Assembly: GCF_009914755.1 (NCBI RefSeq)
Contig: NC_060929.1
From: the human T2T-CHM13v2.0 reference genome, Homo sapiens
DNA: 64,000 nt
Direction: 5' to 3' (one strand)
Shown here: positions 14,022-27,577 of the stretch, piece by piece
Layout of the letters: each line of letters starts with the position of its first letter
Position numbering within the stretch: position 1 is the first letter of the stretch
The notes under the pieces: generated by a model
Told to the model about the DNA's origin: nothing
Database searches by the model: none
Seen by the model: only the letters and a program-made list of their open reading frames with translations
Translations under genes and position numbers: made by a program

Positions 14022-14531
14022 TGTATTTCTTTTTTGGGGGGCGGGGGTGGCGCTTAAAACAGCACACCTTTCATTATTTTACAGCTTTTTAGCTCAGAAG
14101 TCTGAAATCGTTCTCGCTGAACTACGCTCAACGTGTTGGCAGGGCTGTGTTCCTTTCTGGAGGCTCTCAGAAGGAATCTGTTTCCTTGTCTTTTCCAGAT
14201 ATTAGAAGGCTGCCCCAATTCCTTGGCTCATGACCACTTCCACCAACTGCAAAAACCAGCTTTCATCCTTTTCAAAGCCAGAATTGGCTAGTTGAGTATG
14301 CCGTATCTCTGATTCTGAGTCCTCTGCCTCTCTCTTTTTCATTTAAGTATCATTTTGATTACATCGGGTCCACCTAAATAATCCAGGATATCTCTTTATT
14401 TTAAGGTCAGCTGTTTTGCAACTTCAGTTCCATCTGCTACCTTAATCCCCGATTGCCATGTAACATGACATACAGATTCCGGGAATTAGAATGTGGACAA
14501 CTTTGGGGAGTAACTAAAATCTGCCTACCAA
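14022..14531 (-). mobile_element. MLT1C-like MaLR solo LTR
   Basis: GTGTTGGCAGGGCTGTGTTCCTTTCTGGAGGCTCT, TTCCTTGGCTCATG, ATAATCCAGGATA, TTAAGGTCAGCTG, ending CTGCCTACCA. Confidence 0.8.
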
Positions 14532-14589
14532 ATACCTCCAATCCAAACTGTCCCTAAATTCAGACTCACATACCTAAAAACCTGACATC

Positions 14590-15829
14590 TTTTTTTTTCT
14601 TTTTTTTAAATTATACTTTAAGTTTTAGGGTACGTGTGCACAATGTGCAGGTTTGTTACATATGTATACATGTGCCACGTTGGTGTGCTGCACCCATTAG
14701 CTCGTCATTTAGCATTAGGTATATCTCCTAATACTACCCCTCCCCCCTGCCCCCACCCCACAACAGTCCCCGGTGTATGATGTTCCCCTTCCTGTGTCCA
14801 TGTGTTCTCATTGTTCAATTCCCACCTATGAGTGAGAACATGAGCTGTTTGGTTTTTTGTCCTTGTGATAGTTTGCTGAGAATGATGGTTTCCAGCTTCA
14901 TCCATGTCCCTACAAAGGACATGAACTCATCGTTTTTTATGGCTGCATAGTATTCCATGGTGTATATGTGCCACATTTTCTTAATCCAGTCTATCATTGT
15001 TGGACATTTGGGTTGGTTCCAAGTCTTTGCTATTGTGAATCGTGCCACAATAAACATACGTGTGCATGTGTCTTTATAGCAGCATGATTTATAATCCTTT
15101 GGGTATACACCCAGTAATGGGATGGCTGGGTCAAATGGTATTTCCAGTTCTAGATCCCTGAGGAATCGCCACACTGTCTTCCACAATGGTTGAACTAGTT
15201 TACAGTCCCACCAACAGTGTAAAAGTGTTCCTATTTCTCCACATCCTCTCCAGCACCTGTTGTTTCCTGACTTTTTAGTGATCACCATTCTAACTGGTGT
15301 GAGATGGTATCTCATTGTGGTTTTGATTTGCATTTCTCTGATGACCAGTGATGATGAGCATTTTTTCATGTGTCTTTTGGCTGCATAAATGTCTTCTTTT
15401 GAGAAGTGTCTTTTCATATCCTTTGCCCACTTTTTGATGGTTTTTTTTGTTTTTTTTCTTGTAAGTTTGTTTGAGTTCATTGTAGATTCTGGATATTAGC
15501 CCTTTGTCAGATGAGTAGATTGCAAAACTTTTCTCCCATTCTGTAGGTTGCCTGTTCACTCTGATGGTAGTTTCTTTTGCTGTACAGGAGCTGTTTAGTT
15601 TAATTAGATCCCATTTGTCAATTTTAGCTTTTGTTGCCATGCTTTTGGTGTTTTAGACATGAAGTCCTTGCCCATGCCTATGTCCTGAGTGGTATTGCTT
15701 AGGTTTTCTTCTAGGGTTTTTATGGTTTTAGGTCTAACATGTAAGTCTTTAATCCATCTTGAATTAGTTTTTGTATAAGGTGTAAGGAAGGGATCCAGTT
15801 TCAGCTTTCTACATATGGCTAGCCAGTTT

Positions 15830-15832
<3 letters not shown>
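14590..15832 (-). mobile_element. L1PA4-like LINE-1, 3' segment with poly(A) tail of a 5'-inverted insertion
   Basis: Poly-T at about 14590-14607, then TTATACTTTAAGTTTTAGGGTAC. The 221-aa ORF 14815-15480 is the ORF2p C-terminus ending SLIGGN*. Confidence 0.95.
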
Positions 15833-16478
<646 letters not shown>

Positions 16479-18376
16479 CCAGGGATATTTATAAGAGAAA
16501 TGTAATTTTTAAAAAAAATGTGAATTGATAGCAATTCTTTCTGGTCTCAGATCTTTATTAAGGCAAAAGCATTGCAGCCACATGGAAGTTTGAGACCCAA
16601 ACTTGTTTCACGTAAAAATGCCAACCACAGTGTTCCATAGAAAGACCTGGAGTTTTTAGTGCTTTTAGTTTTGTGGTTTCCTGATTTACAGTTGGACATT
16701 GTGCATAAATATGCAGCATCCTACATTCTTGATGAAAACAGCCTTTTCTGTTTTATTGGTCTGCATACATTGTGCTGAATTTCTCTACATGGGACAAAAT
16801 TTATGTTGATAGCTGATACAAGGAACAATAACTTGAAAGGGTTTCTCCAAATGTAGCAGAAGTACTTGCTTTAATCATAGTTCCTGGTAGCTGAGCTGAG
16901 TAGATAAAATCATAAGCCAACAATATATTAATCACAATAATATGAACACTTAGAAAAAATAAATCAATTTAGGAAATTACACATTGCGGAGAACACTATT
17001 TTTCATGAGTTTCTACATAGAATTTCTATTTACCTTCACTCAAGAGACCTGTCATAGTTCAAAATGTCTTCAAAAACATACTTTAGGAATATACCTACAA
17101 TCTTTTGCATAGTTTCCACTTTGCTTTCTAAGCATGTTAGACGGATGTTTTAGGCAAGTTTTGTGAAAACGACATTTAAAACTGGATTTTGTCCTATTCC
17201 ATGTTTCACCTCAATTCTTGTTATAACTCTTTCAAGGAAGATATTGCTCAAGCCTTTTGGTAAAAACTTTATGTCACACTTCCTTTCCTTTCATCTTTCT
17301 TTCCTTCTTTATTCTGTTCTTATTTTTTCTCATCCTTCTTCTTCCTTCTCCACTTTCTTCTTCTTTAATGTTTCTGTTGAATACCCTCTAATGCAATAGG
17401 ATTCCAAGCTGAGAAGGTTTCATCACTTTAAGTCTCAATGTTGACTTGTAATCTAGCATCATTGATATTGAGACTATTAAAATAGATTTATTCATCAAAC
17501 AAAATTTATTGGCATGATCTGTAGGCAAGTCTCTGAGGTCAGCAGTGCTGGAAAACATAGAGCACATTTCCTGCATCCAGAGAATTTACAGATAAGTAGG
17601 TTGTAAAGGCAGGATAGTGGGAGAGACAGTAAGGTATATTGGTGAAGTTTTTAAAAATCACTTTCTTTCTTTTTTCTAAAGTGTTCCCTTGCCTCACCCA
17701 CACACATAGGAAAAGAGCAGTCCTAAAGGACTTCATTTTTTTCTTGTTTGAAATGTCTTTGTTTGTAAATAGAAATTACCTTTCAATAAGTGTGAGTGTA
17801 TATTAAAATCATTCTATTCATAATCCATTGGAGATTTAAAATATAATTTTCTAAACCACTTAAGGAGAAATTTTGAAAATCAGATATGCAATTATATGAA
17901 AACAGTGTTTGGATGGAAACATCACCATGAAGGACTAGTGTGCGTGAATGTGATGTTTCTCATTCTACCAGAGTTTTAACTATAGGAGCTGTAAGTTAAG
18001 TCTATATCGTGCAACCAGAGCAATAGTTTAAAAACTAGCTGGATTTCATGTTTCTTCTAGTGCATTTATTGAGAAATTGACCTGTTAAGAGGGCTAAAGT
18101 GGCTGTGTGGTTGATATAAATCAGCTTAAGGCCCAAAGTGAAATTTGAGCACACTGCCCTTAATTCTGACCCCACATAATGTTGACTCCACTTCCAAGTT
18201 CCCTTTAGTTTTTTGAGGTCGTTGGTAGTTTTCATTTTACTTTGTGCTGGTGAAGAGAGGTTTTCTGAACCAGCTCATTTTCAACATAGTATTCTTTTCA
18301 GATGCATAATAAACCCTATTTTTTTTTCTAAAACTAAACTCTTCATCCTGGCTTTCGAGGTTTTGTTGTGACTATC

Positions 18377-18848
18377 TGTGGTAGATATCTGGAGAGAGAG
18401 TTTGGCACTCAGCATTTATTCTTATGCCTTTTTCTGCTTTATCCTGTGGGCCAACGCTACAAGCCTGGGAACTATATTTTCCAGACAGCTTTTTCTTTAG
18501 TGTTCTGAATAGATTGGCCTTTTGCCTAGCAGATATAATTAGGCAAGATATGGAAAGAAGTAGGGAGATGGAAGCCATTTTGTTTTTACTCTGACAGTGG
18601 ACTATGGGCTTCACAGAGATAAGTTTTATAATGATTTATTTTTATTTGCCATTAACCTAACACAGGTATGTGAAGGAACTTTGAAATTGTTGTTAATTTT
18701 CTGCAAGTTTTTAACCTCTAGATTTCAGTTTCTGACTCTGTCCAGGCCTTTCTATAGTTTATAAGCTTTTAATTCCCTGTATTATATCCTTTCCTGTTTT
18801 AAATACATAAAATGGCTTCAGTTTTTCTAACTGAACACTGACCATGTA
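18377..18848 (+). mobile_element. Old ERVL-type solo LTR (LTR33/LTR50-like)
   Basis: Begins TGTGGTAGATATC. The 3' end AATTCCCTGTATTATATCC...GGCTTCAGTTTTTCTAACTGAACACTGAC resembles ERVL LTR termini. Confidence 0.45.
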
Positions 18849-19683
18849 ATATAAACCCTCCTCTAAAAAAGATTCATCAAACAAAAGGCAGAACATGAAC
18901 TGACACCATGCTTTGGTCCATTTCCTATCTTTCCCTTTGTTTTACCTATTCCAATCCATCTAGGTCTGCCTCCATGCAATATTTCCTGCTCCTGAGTCCC
19001 CACCATAGCCACAATTTTTAACTTTTTCAGTGGTAGCAGCTTATAGTAAACAATTTCTCAGTTTCAATTTTAATCCTCTTTTGTACTGCTATTTTAAAAT
19101 CCTGTTTGTCTCTTTAGTATCTTCCATTGAATTGTAAGCTCTATGAGACCCGGTCTATTATTTTAGTTTTCTTTAGACTTGTTTCCAGAGGCAACACAGT
19201 ATGAGATGCAAAATGGTTGTACTGAAAGCCAAATAAACAAAATTTGTGGTTTTGTTTTGTGGTTATAAAAATTATACACATTATTATACAACACTTGCAA
19301 AGTACAGACATATATAAAAAAGATAGAAAATATTCTTAATTTTCTAATTCAGAAATTATCACTATTAACAGTATATTTTATTCATAAATATTTAAATATA
19401 ATTTGAAGTACATTAGATATAGGAGTAATGTTTTTTATATTTTTTCTGCAAACATTATAAAACAAATATTTGCCATCATTAAAAATTTCACATGAACATT
19501 GAGATGGGTTTACGGCACTTGATTATACAAATGTGCATCATTTGCTTAGCCATTTTTCTACTGCAGAATTTTGGGTTGTTTTTACATTTTTTGCTATAAG
19601 TAATGCTGCAGTAAAAATCATTGCACATAAACCTTGTTAGCATCGTAAAAAGTTCTCAGCATATTGTTTTCTTTTAAGTCTGT

Positions 19684-20168
19684 TTATTTTTTTTTATTAT
19701 TATTATACTTTAAGTTTTAGGGTACATGTGCACATTGTGCAGGTTAGTTACATATGTATACATGTGCCATGCTGGTGTGCTGCACCCATTAACGCGTCAT
19801 TTAGCATTAGGTATATCTCCTAATGCTATCCCTCCCCTCTCCCCCCACCTCACAACAGGCCCCAGAGTGTGATGTTCCCCTTCCTGTGTCCATGTGTTCT
19901 TATTGTTCAGTTCCCATCTATGAGTGAGAACATGCAGTGTTTGGTTTTTTGTCCTTGCGATAGTTTACTGAGAATGATCATTTCCAGTTTCATCCATGTC
20001 CCTACAAAGGACATGAACTCATCATTTTTTATGGTTGCATAGTATTCCATGGTGTATATGTGCCACATTTTCTTAATCCAGTCTATCATTGTTGGACATT
20101 TGGGTTGGTTCCAAGTCTTTGCTATTGTGAATAGTGCCACAATAAACATACGTGTGCATGTGTCTTTA
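19684..20168 (-). mobile_element. 5'-truncated L1PA3/L1PA4 3' fragment (about 480 bp)
   Basis: T-rich tail, then TTATACTTTAAGTTTTAGGGTACATGTGCAC. ORF 19907-20149 is the ORF2p C-terminus. Confidence 0.95.
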
Positions 20169-20303
20169 CTTAGAGGTTATGTATTCAAAACAAATAGTAT
20201 TATAAGTAATTAGCAAAGAGCTATGGGAATGCAGAAGGGAAAGCAAGGAAATTTTTATGGGGTAGCTTTCTTCAGATAGTAATTTAGTAAATAAATAAAT
20301 AAA

Positions 20304-20680
20304 TGTATTAGTCTGTTCTCACACTGCTATGAAGGAATACCTGACTGGCTAATTTTTTAATATAAAGGAAAGAGGTTTAATTGAATCACAGTTCCTCATT
20401 GCTGGGGAGGCCTCAGGAAACTTACAATCATGGTGGAATACAAAGGAGAAGCACGCACCTTCTTCACAGGATGGCAGAATGGAGTGAGTGCAAGCAGGGG
20501 AATTGCCAGATGTTTATAAAACCATCAAATCTGATGAGACTCACTATCACGAGAACAGCATGGGGGAAACTGCCCCCATGATCCGATTACCTCCTCCTGG
20601 TCCCACCCTTGACATATGGAGATTATGGGGATTACAATTAAAGATGAGATTTTCGGTGGGGACACAGCCAAACCATATCA
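20304..20680 (-). mobile_element. THE1D-like MaLR solo LTR
   Basis: TGTATTAGTCTGTTCTCACACTGCTATGAAG ... GCAAGCAGGGGAATTGCCAGA ... GGGGACACAGCCAAACCATATCA. Confidence 0.88.
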
Positions 20681-20709
20681 ATGGTTGAATGAATTAGAGA
20701 AATAGTCCT

Positions 20710-21130
20710 TGAATTAGGCCATTCTCACATTGCTATAAAGTAATATCCAAGACTGGGTTATTTATAAAGAAAATAGGTTAAATTGGCTCATGGTTCTACC
20801 GGCTGTATTGAAAGCATGATGCTGGCATCCACTCAGCTTCTGGGGCGGCCTCAGGAAACTTACAATCATGGTAGAATGCCAAGGGGGAGCAGGCATATCA
20901 CATGGCGAAAGCAGGAGCAGGAGGAGTGGGGGAAGTGCCACACACTTTTAAGCAACCAGATTTCATGAGAACTGACTCAATATCACGAGAACAGCACCAA
21001 AAGGATGGTGCAAAACCATTCATGAAAAATCCACCCTCATGATCCAATCACTTCCCACCAGGCCTCCCCAACATTGGGGAATACAGTTCAACATGAGATT
21101 GGGATAGGGACACATATCCAAACTATATTA
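20710..21130 (-). mobile_element. MSTA MaLR solo LTR with 5-bp TSD GTCCT
   Basis: MSTA motifs GCATGATGCTGGCATC, GGATGGTGCAAAACCATTCATGA and CACATATCCAAACTATATTA. GTCCT flanks it at 20705-20709 and 21131-21135. Confidence 0.9.
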
Positions 21131-22449
21131 GTCCTGTTGCAAATTCATTTAACCTATGGCACATATAAGTAAAATCGTTGAATGTTGTATTTAGAAATGT
21201 ACTTTATATCAACATGTGTCATTTATACATACATGATTAGTCTTATTGGTTGCATTCCTTGAAACATGCCGTTTCTTATACTCTATCTTGCATCTATTAT
21301 TGATTTTGAAGCTTTTCTTTCATAAAATAATTGATCAAAATCTGGTCCATATTAACACTGTCAAGTTGGAATCTAGGCAAGAAAATTATTTCACTTTCCA
21401 TTTTAATTTAAGAACAAATCACTTTACTTCAGTGAAATCCAGAATAAGGTTATACTGGTGGCCCTTGGAAGACAAGTAAGCAGCACTTTGATACTTTGGT
21501 CTACCTGAGTAGAAGCAGATTGCATGAAAGAAAAGTAGGAAGGCAGCACCATGGAATACTGATGTGCGCTAATGCAAATGTTCTTGGCTGAAATAGAATC
21601 ATTTTGAGAATTAATCATTTTAGATGACTGCTCTCAGGACTGTGGCCTAGCTGAGCAATATGATGAGATCATTTTTCAAATGAAGAAGTTGCAGCAAGTG
21701 AACAAAGACAGCTATTTTCAAGTTAGCCTCTGGGCAGTCAATTCGTAGAATTGGCGTTTAGCATATTGGACACTAATGATTTCTTTTTACCATGTTGGTG
21801 CTTATAAAAATGGAAAACCGTACCACCTACCAATATAATAGAAGGAAAATAAAAGTCAGATTTTATATAATAAAGGAAATCAATTTGCTCTGCTGAACAA
21901 TCCCTAGAACTTCAGCACTCAGGATGCTCAGAGATAGCTGAATTATTTTTAAAAAAATCAGAAAAGGAAGCATTTTTAAAATTACCGCAAATTCAATGAA
22001 TAAGATGCCTTTCAAAAAGTATTGCAGAAGAAAATCTTGAAGGAAGGAAAGCACAACGTAAAATAATGTTGGTTAGGTAATGAAATAAGGTTTCACCTTA
22101 CAGAAACTTCTAGATGGCCTTCTCTTTTATTTGGCATGAGTGATTAATAACTGGTTCTGCCCATAATTTGTCATCTCCCACACTGGGCTCTCAGCACCCT
22201 GATGTATGTGCAGTCCACAGAGCTGAAGAGGTGGTGTCTATCATAGCTTTTGCTTTGGCACTGGATCTTGACAGGAACAGTACTCAAGACAGAGTGTGTA
22301 TTCTCTTGGTGCACAGTGTTGAGTGACCTAGGATAGATACATGGTAATCTACCAAATATGCATTAATAATGGGTCGCAAATGAGATTTTCATTCTTGAAG
22401 ACAATCAGAAGCGTTTAAGAAAATCACTTAATATAAGTCTGACATTGTT

Positions 22450-22620
22450 TTAAGTATGTGTGTTAATTCATTTAGTCCTCACAACAACCATAAGAGATAA
22501 GTACTAAAATGATCCCCTACAGATGAAGAAACTAGGAACACACATAAAAACATGTAGAACTCAAGGAATTTTCCTCAGTCCCAGAACAGAGAATTGAACC
22601 TGAGAGTTGAATTTTCTGGG
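22450..22620 (-). mobile_element. MIR SINE relic
   Basis: CATTTAGTCCTCACAACAACC...TACAGATGAAGAAACT matches the MIR core in antisense. Confidence 0.6.
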
Positions 22621-22639
22621 ATTCAATATAACACCCTTT

Positions 22640-23125
22640 TCCTTGAAATATCTTTGATGGCTTCCCAATGCTGTGTAAACTAAATCATTACTAGTCTGGT
22701 CCTGTCTCATCACCTGCTACTGCCCCATACATTCTATATTCTAGGCACTCAGATTATTCACCATTTCCAAAATGCTATTTGACTCATCTTGTCCTCATTT
22801 ACCTGATGTACACTTCGTCTCTTTATTGTTTGGCATATTTCAGCTTCAAAGCTTGATTGTAATATCTACTATTTCTAAAGTCAATATAGACATAATTGCA
22901 AGAGAAGGTAATTATTCCTGTCTCAGTTCTCCAGTAGCCTTTATTCCTTGCTCTGAATGGCAGTAATCATGTTATATCATTCAGAATTTTGCTATCTTTC
23001 AAATGGTGTTCCTTCAGAAGAGTAACAGAAACAATGTGCTACTCGTTTTGTTAATATCACTCATCCATAGCAGAATGTATGATATCTAATATGTACTTGA
23101 TAGGCTTATGTTGAATTAATAAATG
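22640..23125 (+). mobile_element. L2 LINE 3' relic
   Basis: CTTTGATGGCTTCCCAATGC... and a terminal CAGAATGTATGATATCTAATATGTACTTGATAGGCTTATGTTGAATTAAT resembling an L2 tail. Confidence 0.45.
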
Positions 23126-23771
23126 CAAATAAATTATTGGCAGCATAAATGATTATCAAACATCAGAAGAGTAGAAACATTATCAAACACATTCAAAATA
23201 AATGGTAATTATTTATCTAAATGTAAAGATGATATCTGTGTGGTGTGATCTAATTAGCTGTTACTATTATATATAACATCTGGAGAGGGTAAACTGCTAA
23301 TATACCCAGGATTAGCCGTAGGACATTTTTCCTAGAAAAACGTCTCCAATTTTTGCTTCACTTCTACCTTCAACTTTTGCTGTTGCCTTTGTGTTACTCT
23401 GGTCTGGTCATTTTTCATAGAAATCATGGACCATGAGGTCAGAGGAACAGCTGCTGGTGAAGGATCAGCACTCATTTCTTACCCTTTCCTCCCTCACAAG
23501 TCTCTAATTCCCTGTGATGTTTAATTGATCCTTCCATAAATATTTATAAGCAACTTCTACCTGTGAAACAGTGTTCCAGGGGCACAGAAAAGTATTTAGA
23601 AAGATACTCTTCCTTCCCTCGTAGGGTAGGGGGAGTAAGCATGAGAAAAGCAAGCAAATAACCACTGTTTTAAAGTCTTGGTTTCTCCACTTTCACTCTC
23701 CTGATTCCACTCTTGCTGAGACCAGTTGCTAAGCCTAGAAACTTTGGTTGTGATCAATAATAGTGAAGGTA

Positions 23772-25345
23772 TTACCCAAGAAGTCAAAATCACGTTGAGC
23801 AAAAAGAACAAAGCCAGAGGCATCACTCTGCCTGAGTTCAAAATCTTCTACAAAGCTAAAGTAATCAGAACAGCATGGTATCAGCCTAAAAACATATAGA
23901 CTAATGAAACAGAGAACCCAGTTATAAACTCATGAACTTATAGCTAATTGATTTTTGACAAAGATCCTAAGAACACATAATGGGGACAGGACAGTCTCTT
24001 TAATAGCTTGTGTTTGGATAACTGGATATCCTCATGCAGAAGAATGAAATTAGATCCTTATTTTACCCCATATTAACTCGAAATGAATTAGAGACTTAAA
24101 TGCAAGACAGGAAATCATAGGACTATTAGAAGAAAACATAGGAGAAAAGCCTTATGACACTGCTCTGGGCAATGATTTTTGGGGGTTATGACCCCAAAAG
24201 AACAAGTAAATGAAGCAAAACCAGACAAATGGAGTTACATCAACTAAAAAGCTGCACAGCAAGGGAAACAATCAACAGAGTGAGGAGACAACCTAAAGAA
24301 TGGAAGGAGATATTTTTAAATCATACAATTGATAAAGAATTACTATTTAAAATACATAAGGAACTAAAAAATTCAGTAGCAAGAAAACAACTCAGTTAAA
24401 AATGGGCAAAGGATCTGAATAGACATTTCTCAAAAGAAGACATACAAATGGTCAATCACTATATTTAAAAATGCTTAAAATACTAATAATTAGGGAAATG
24501 CAGATTAAAACCACAATGACATCACTTACACCTGTTAGAATGACTATTATCAAAAAGACAAGAGGTAACAATTGTCAGTGAGAATGTGGAGAAAAGTGAA
24601 CCCACACACACTGTTGGAAGGAATGTAAATTGGTATAGTCATTTCGGAAAATGGTATAAGAGGTCCTCAAACTAACAATAAGATTACCATATGATCTAGC
24701 AATCCTACTTCCGGGTAGATATCCAAAGGATATAAAATCAGAATGATGAAAAGACAGCTGAACTCCTATGTTCATTGAAGCATTATGCACAATAGCTGAG
24801 ATATGGAAATAACCTAAGTGTCCATCAAACGATAAATGGATTAAGAAAGTGTGGTATATATACACAATGGAATACTATTCAGCCTTACAAATTAAGGAAA
24901 TTCTATCTCTTGTGACAACGTGGATGAACCTGAAGAGCATCATGTTACATGAAATAAGCCCAGCACAGAAGGACAAATAGTGTTTGATCTCACTTATACG
25001 TGGAATCTTAAAAAGTCAAACTCTTAGAAGCAGACAGTAGAATGGTATTGCCATAGGCTGAGAGATGGGGAGATTGGGGAAATGTTGGTCAAAGAATACA
25101 AATTTTTAGTCAGACAGAATAATTTCTAGAGATCTATTGTATATCATGGCAACTAGACCTAATAACAAAATGTTGTATTTTAAACATTGCTAAGAAAGCA
25201 AATTTTATGTATTTGACCATAAAATAACAATAAGTGCATTAGGTAAGACATATGTTAATTAGCTTGATTTAGCCTTTCCACAATGAATCAAAACATCATG
25301 TTATACATCATAAATAATACAATTTTCATTTGTCCATTAAACAAC
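23772..25345 (+). mobile_element. 5'-truncated L1MA7/L1MA8-like LINE-1 (ORF2 3' part plus 3' UTR)
   Basis: GAGCAAAAAGAACAAAGCCAGAGGCATCAC, AGACATTTCTCAAAAGAAGACATACAAATGG, and 3' UTR TATGTTAATTAGCTTGATTTAGCC...CAAAACATCATGTT. Confidence 0.85.
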
Positions 25346-25559
25346 AGCAAAACAGAGTGAAGGGATTCTGAGAGGGGACTAGTAAGGCTAGGGTAATAGG
25401 TGAAATGAGTAGAAAGCAATGAGGCAAATGCCTGCCTAGCAAGGAGAAGAAATGGGGAAATTCTGCCAGAATATATACATACTTTCCTCTAACAAAAGTA
25501 TTCATATCACTTTGAGAGTAGAGAAACACAAAAAGCAATAAATAAATAAATAACAATAA

Positions 25560-25775
25560 AAGCATATAGTACTTATCATGCAATACTGTTCTAAGTATTC
25601 AGCATATATTAACTCATATAATTTTTATAAACCTCATAAAGTAGATGGTAGTATAACCTCCATTTTATGGGTGAGAAGACTGAGGTACAAAGAAGCTACA
25701 TAAGTCAATAAGGGACAAAGCTAGGATTTGCACCCCGGAAGTATAGCTCCAGAGTCCTTGTTCTGAATTACTAAA
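25560..25775 (-). mobile_element. MIR SINE relic
   Basis: ATATATTAACTCAT...CTCCATTTTATGGGTGAGAAGACTGAGGTACAAAGA...CTCCAGAGTCC. Confidence 0.65.
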
Positions 25776-26359
25776 TGAAACTCTCTTAACAAAATACTTT
25801 AAGTAAAAACTGATGTAAATTATCTTACTACATTACAGGAAAATCAAGTGCTCTGAAAGCGCTTGATTGCTTTGAAAGTTGGCCCAGTTAAATTTTAATT
25901 ATTATGAATTGATTTTCTGGTATATAGATTATTGAAATGTTTCAGTTTTTCTTCCTCTCTATGGACAATTTTTGGCTCTGTTGATATACCTTGTATGAAA
26001 GAGAACAAAGAGGAAAAATGAATTGCACCATTTCATTAGGCCTAACCACTCAGTGTTCCTCCATGTCTTGATGCCAGGGAAATTTTAAAATTTAATGCTA
26101 TATATGTAAAGCAATTTTCCATAGAAATGTATGTAGAATTTATTAATAGAATTCCAGATGGTTACCAGGGTGGACTATAGGGAGAGAGGGGGAGTTGATG
26201 ATGCTGAAGATGATTCTCACATAGGAAACAGGCACTAAGGTTGTGACATATCAGCTGTGGTAGGGAAATAGATAAACTTCCAAAGTAAAAGCATATAGAC
26301 CTTTACTACAGAATAAATATGACTATTAGAGAAAAATTAGTCTTCATAATGGGTTAGAA

Positions 26360-26584
26360 AAGGGGTCAACAAACTTTCTCTGTAAAGGCTCTGTGGTAAA
26401 TATTTTAGGGTTCTGGGCCACATGGTCTCTGTCAAAACTACCTGCTCAACTGTGCTTCTGGAGCTCAAGGCAGCTAGAGACAATACCTGAATGAATGGGG
26501 GTGGCTATGTTCCAGTAAAACTTTATTTATTAAAATAGGTAATGGGACAGATTTGGCCTGTGGGCCATAGTTTGCTGATCCCTA
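26360..26584 (+). mobile_element. MER58A (hAT-Charlie) MITE
   Basis: Terminal inverted repeats AGGGGTCAACAAACT and AGTTTGCTGATCCCT. Internal GTGGCTATGTTCCAGTAAAACTTTATTTA. About 225 bp. Confidence 0.88.
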
Positions 26585-27136
26585 GTTTAAAGCCATAGGT
26601 GAAAAAGCCAATTGCCACTAAAGAGTGTAATTCATCTTCTCACCATTTACTATGCTTCTTTTAAACGCTGCAGAATAAGAAGACATTGGTCAGGGTTCAA
26701 AGGAGAACTTCTCTGGTTAGAAATCCAATAAACTTTACCTTGAATAGAAGTGTTAGGATGGATGCTGGAAATAAAAACATAGATAAAGTGAAGAAGAATG
26801 GCCTGAAGTCCAGGAAAAGATGGGGAAAAGCAGATAAAGAAGCAACTTTCTCATTTGAGGGCTTAGAGCCTAGGACTCCAACCATCAGGTGTAGGGGCCA
26901 GGGAAGATGCAGAACAGTGGCCTCACAGTCTAAGGCCTGTGACTCCAAAATACTTCTAGGGAGAGAAATGGAGGCTGCTGCTGAAGTCTCCAGGGTAGCT
27001 GCAAGGCCATCCCTTATCTGTTCTAGGATAAAAGAGTGACATGATAGAGGTCAGAAAAATTTCTGGGGCTTGGGTGTCTGGTAAATGTGAGGCTAGGATA
27101 ACTTACTTACCTTAGGATATAGAATCCATATTATAT

Positions 27137-27214
27137 AGACTCATTGGTTTCTATGTTTTGTGCTTTATCTTTACAGACTCGTTGGCTTCTATGTGTTTTG
27201 TGCTTTGTCTTTAT
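27137..27214. repeat. Diverged tandem duplication, 38-40 bp unit x2
   Basis: AGACTCATTGGTTTCTATGTTTTGTGCTTTATCTTTAC followed by AGACTCGTTGGCTTCTATGTGTTTTGTGCTTTGTCTTTAT. Confidence 0.85.
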
Positions 27215-27577
27215 CTCATTAAAAAATGTTTTCCTAAGGTTTTTTAAAGGATTATTTTGGAAAAATGTCAAGTTCCACCTTCTCTAGGCATATCTTTGCC
27301 TAGCCTCCTTTTTGTCAAGTACCACTGCCTGCATTCAGGCTCTCTGGTTTCTAGCACAGTTATTGGTCAAATTCGTCAGTGTGTCTAGCCATAGCCTTGA
27401 ATGTTCTCCTCCAGGCTGTAATATATCTAATATGTGAAATCTGACCATGCCATTTCTTTGTTCAAAGTCCTTTGGTGGCTTCCAACTATGTACAGAAAAA
27501 AAGTCCAATGACCTTAAAATGGAAAAAAATTCCTTCACTATTTTTTTTCTGCTTATCCAGGATCTCTTTGCCAATTA

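Noticed and set aside
20304-21130. Adjacent LTRs as the two ends of one provirus
   Set aside because: They are different subfamilies, there is no internal sequence, and the MSTA copy has its own TSD.
26686-27039. 117-aa basic ORF as a processed pseudogene
   Set aside because: Non-ATG (TTG) start, no protein family that I recognise, and no poly(A) tail or TSD.
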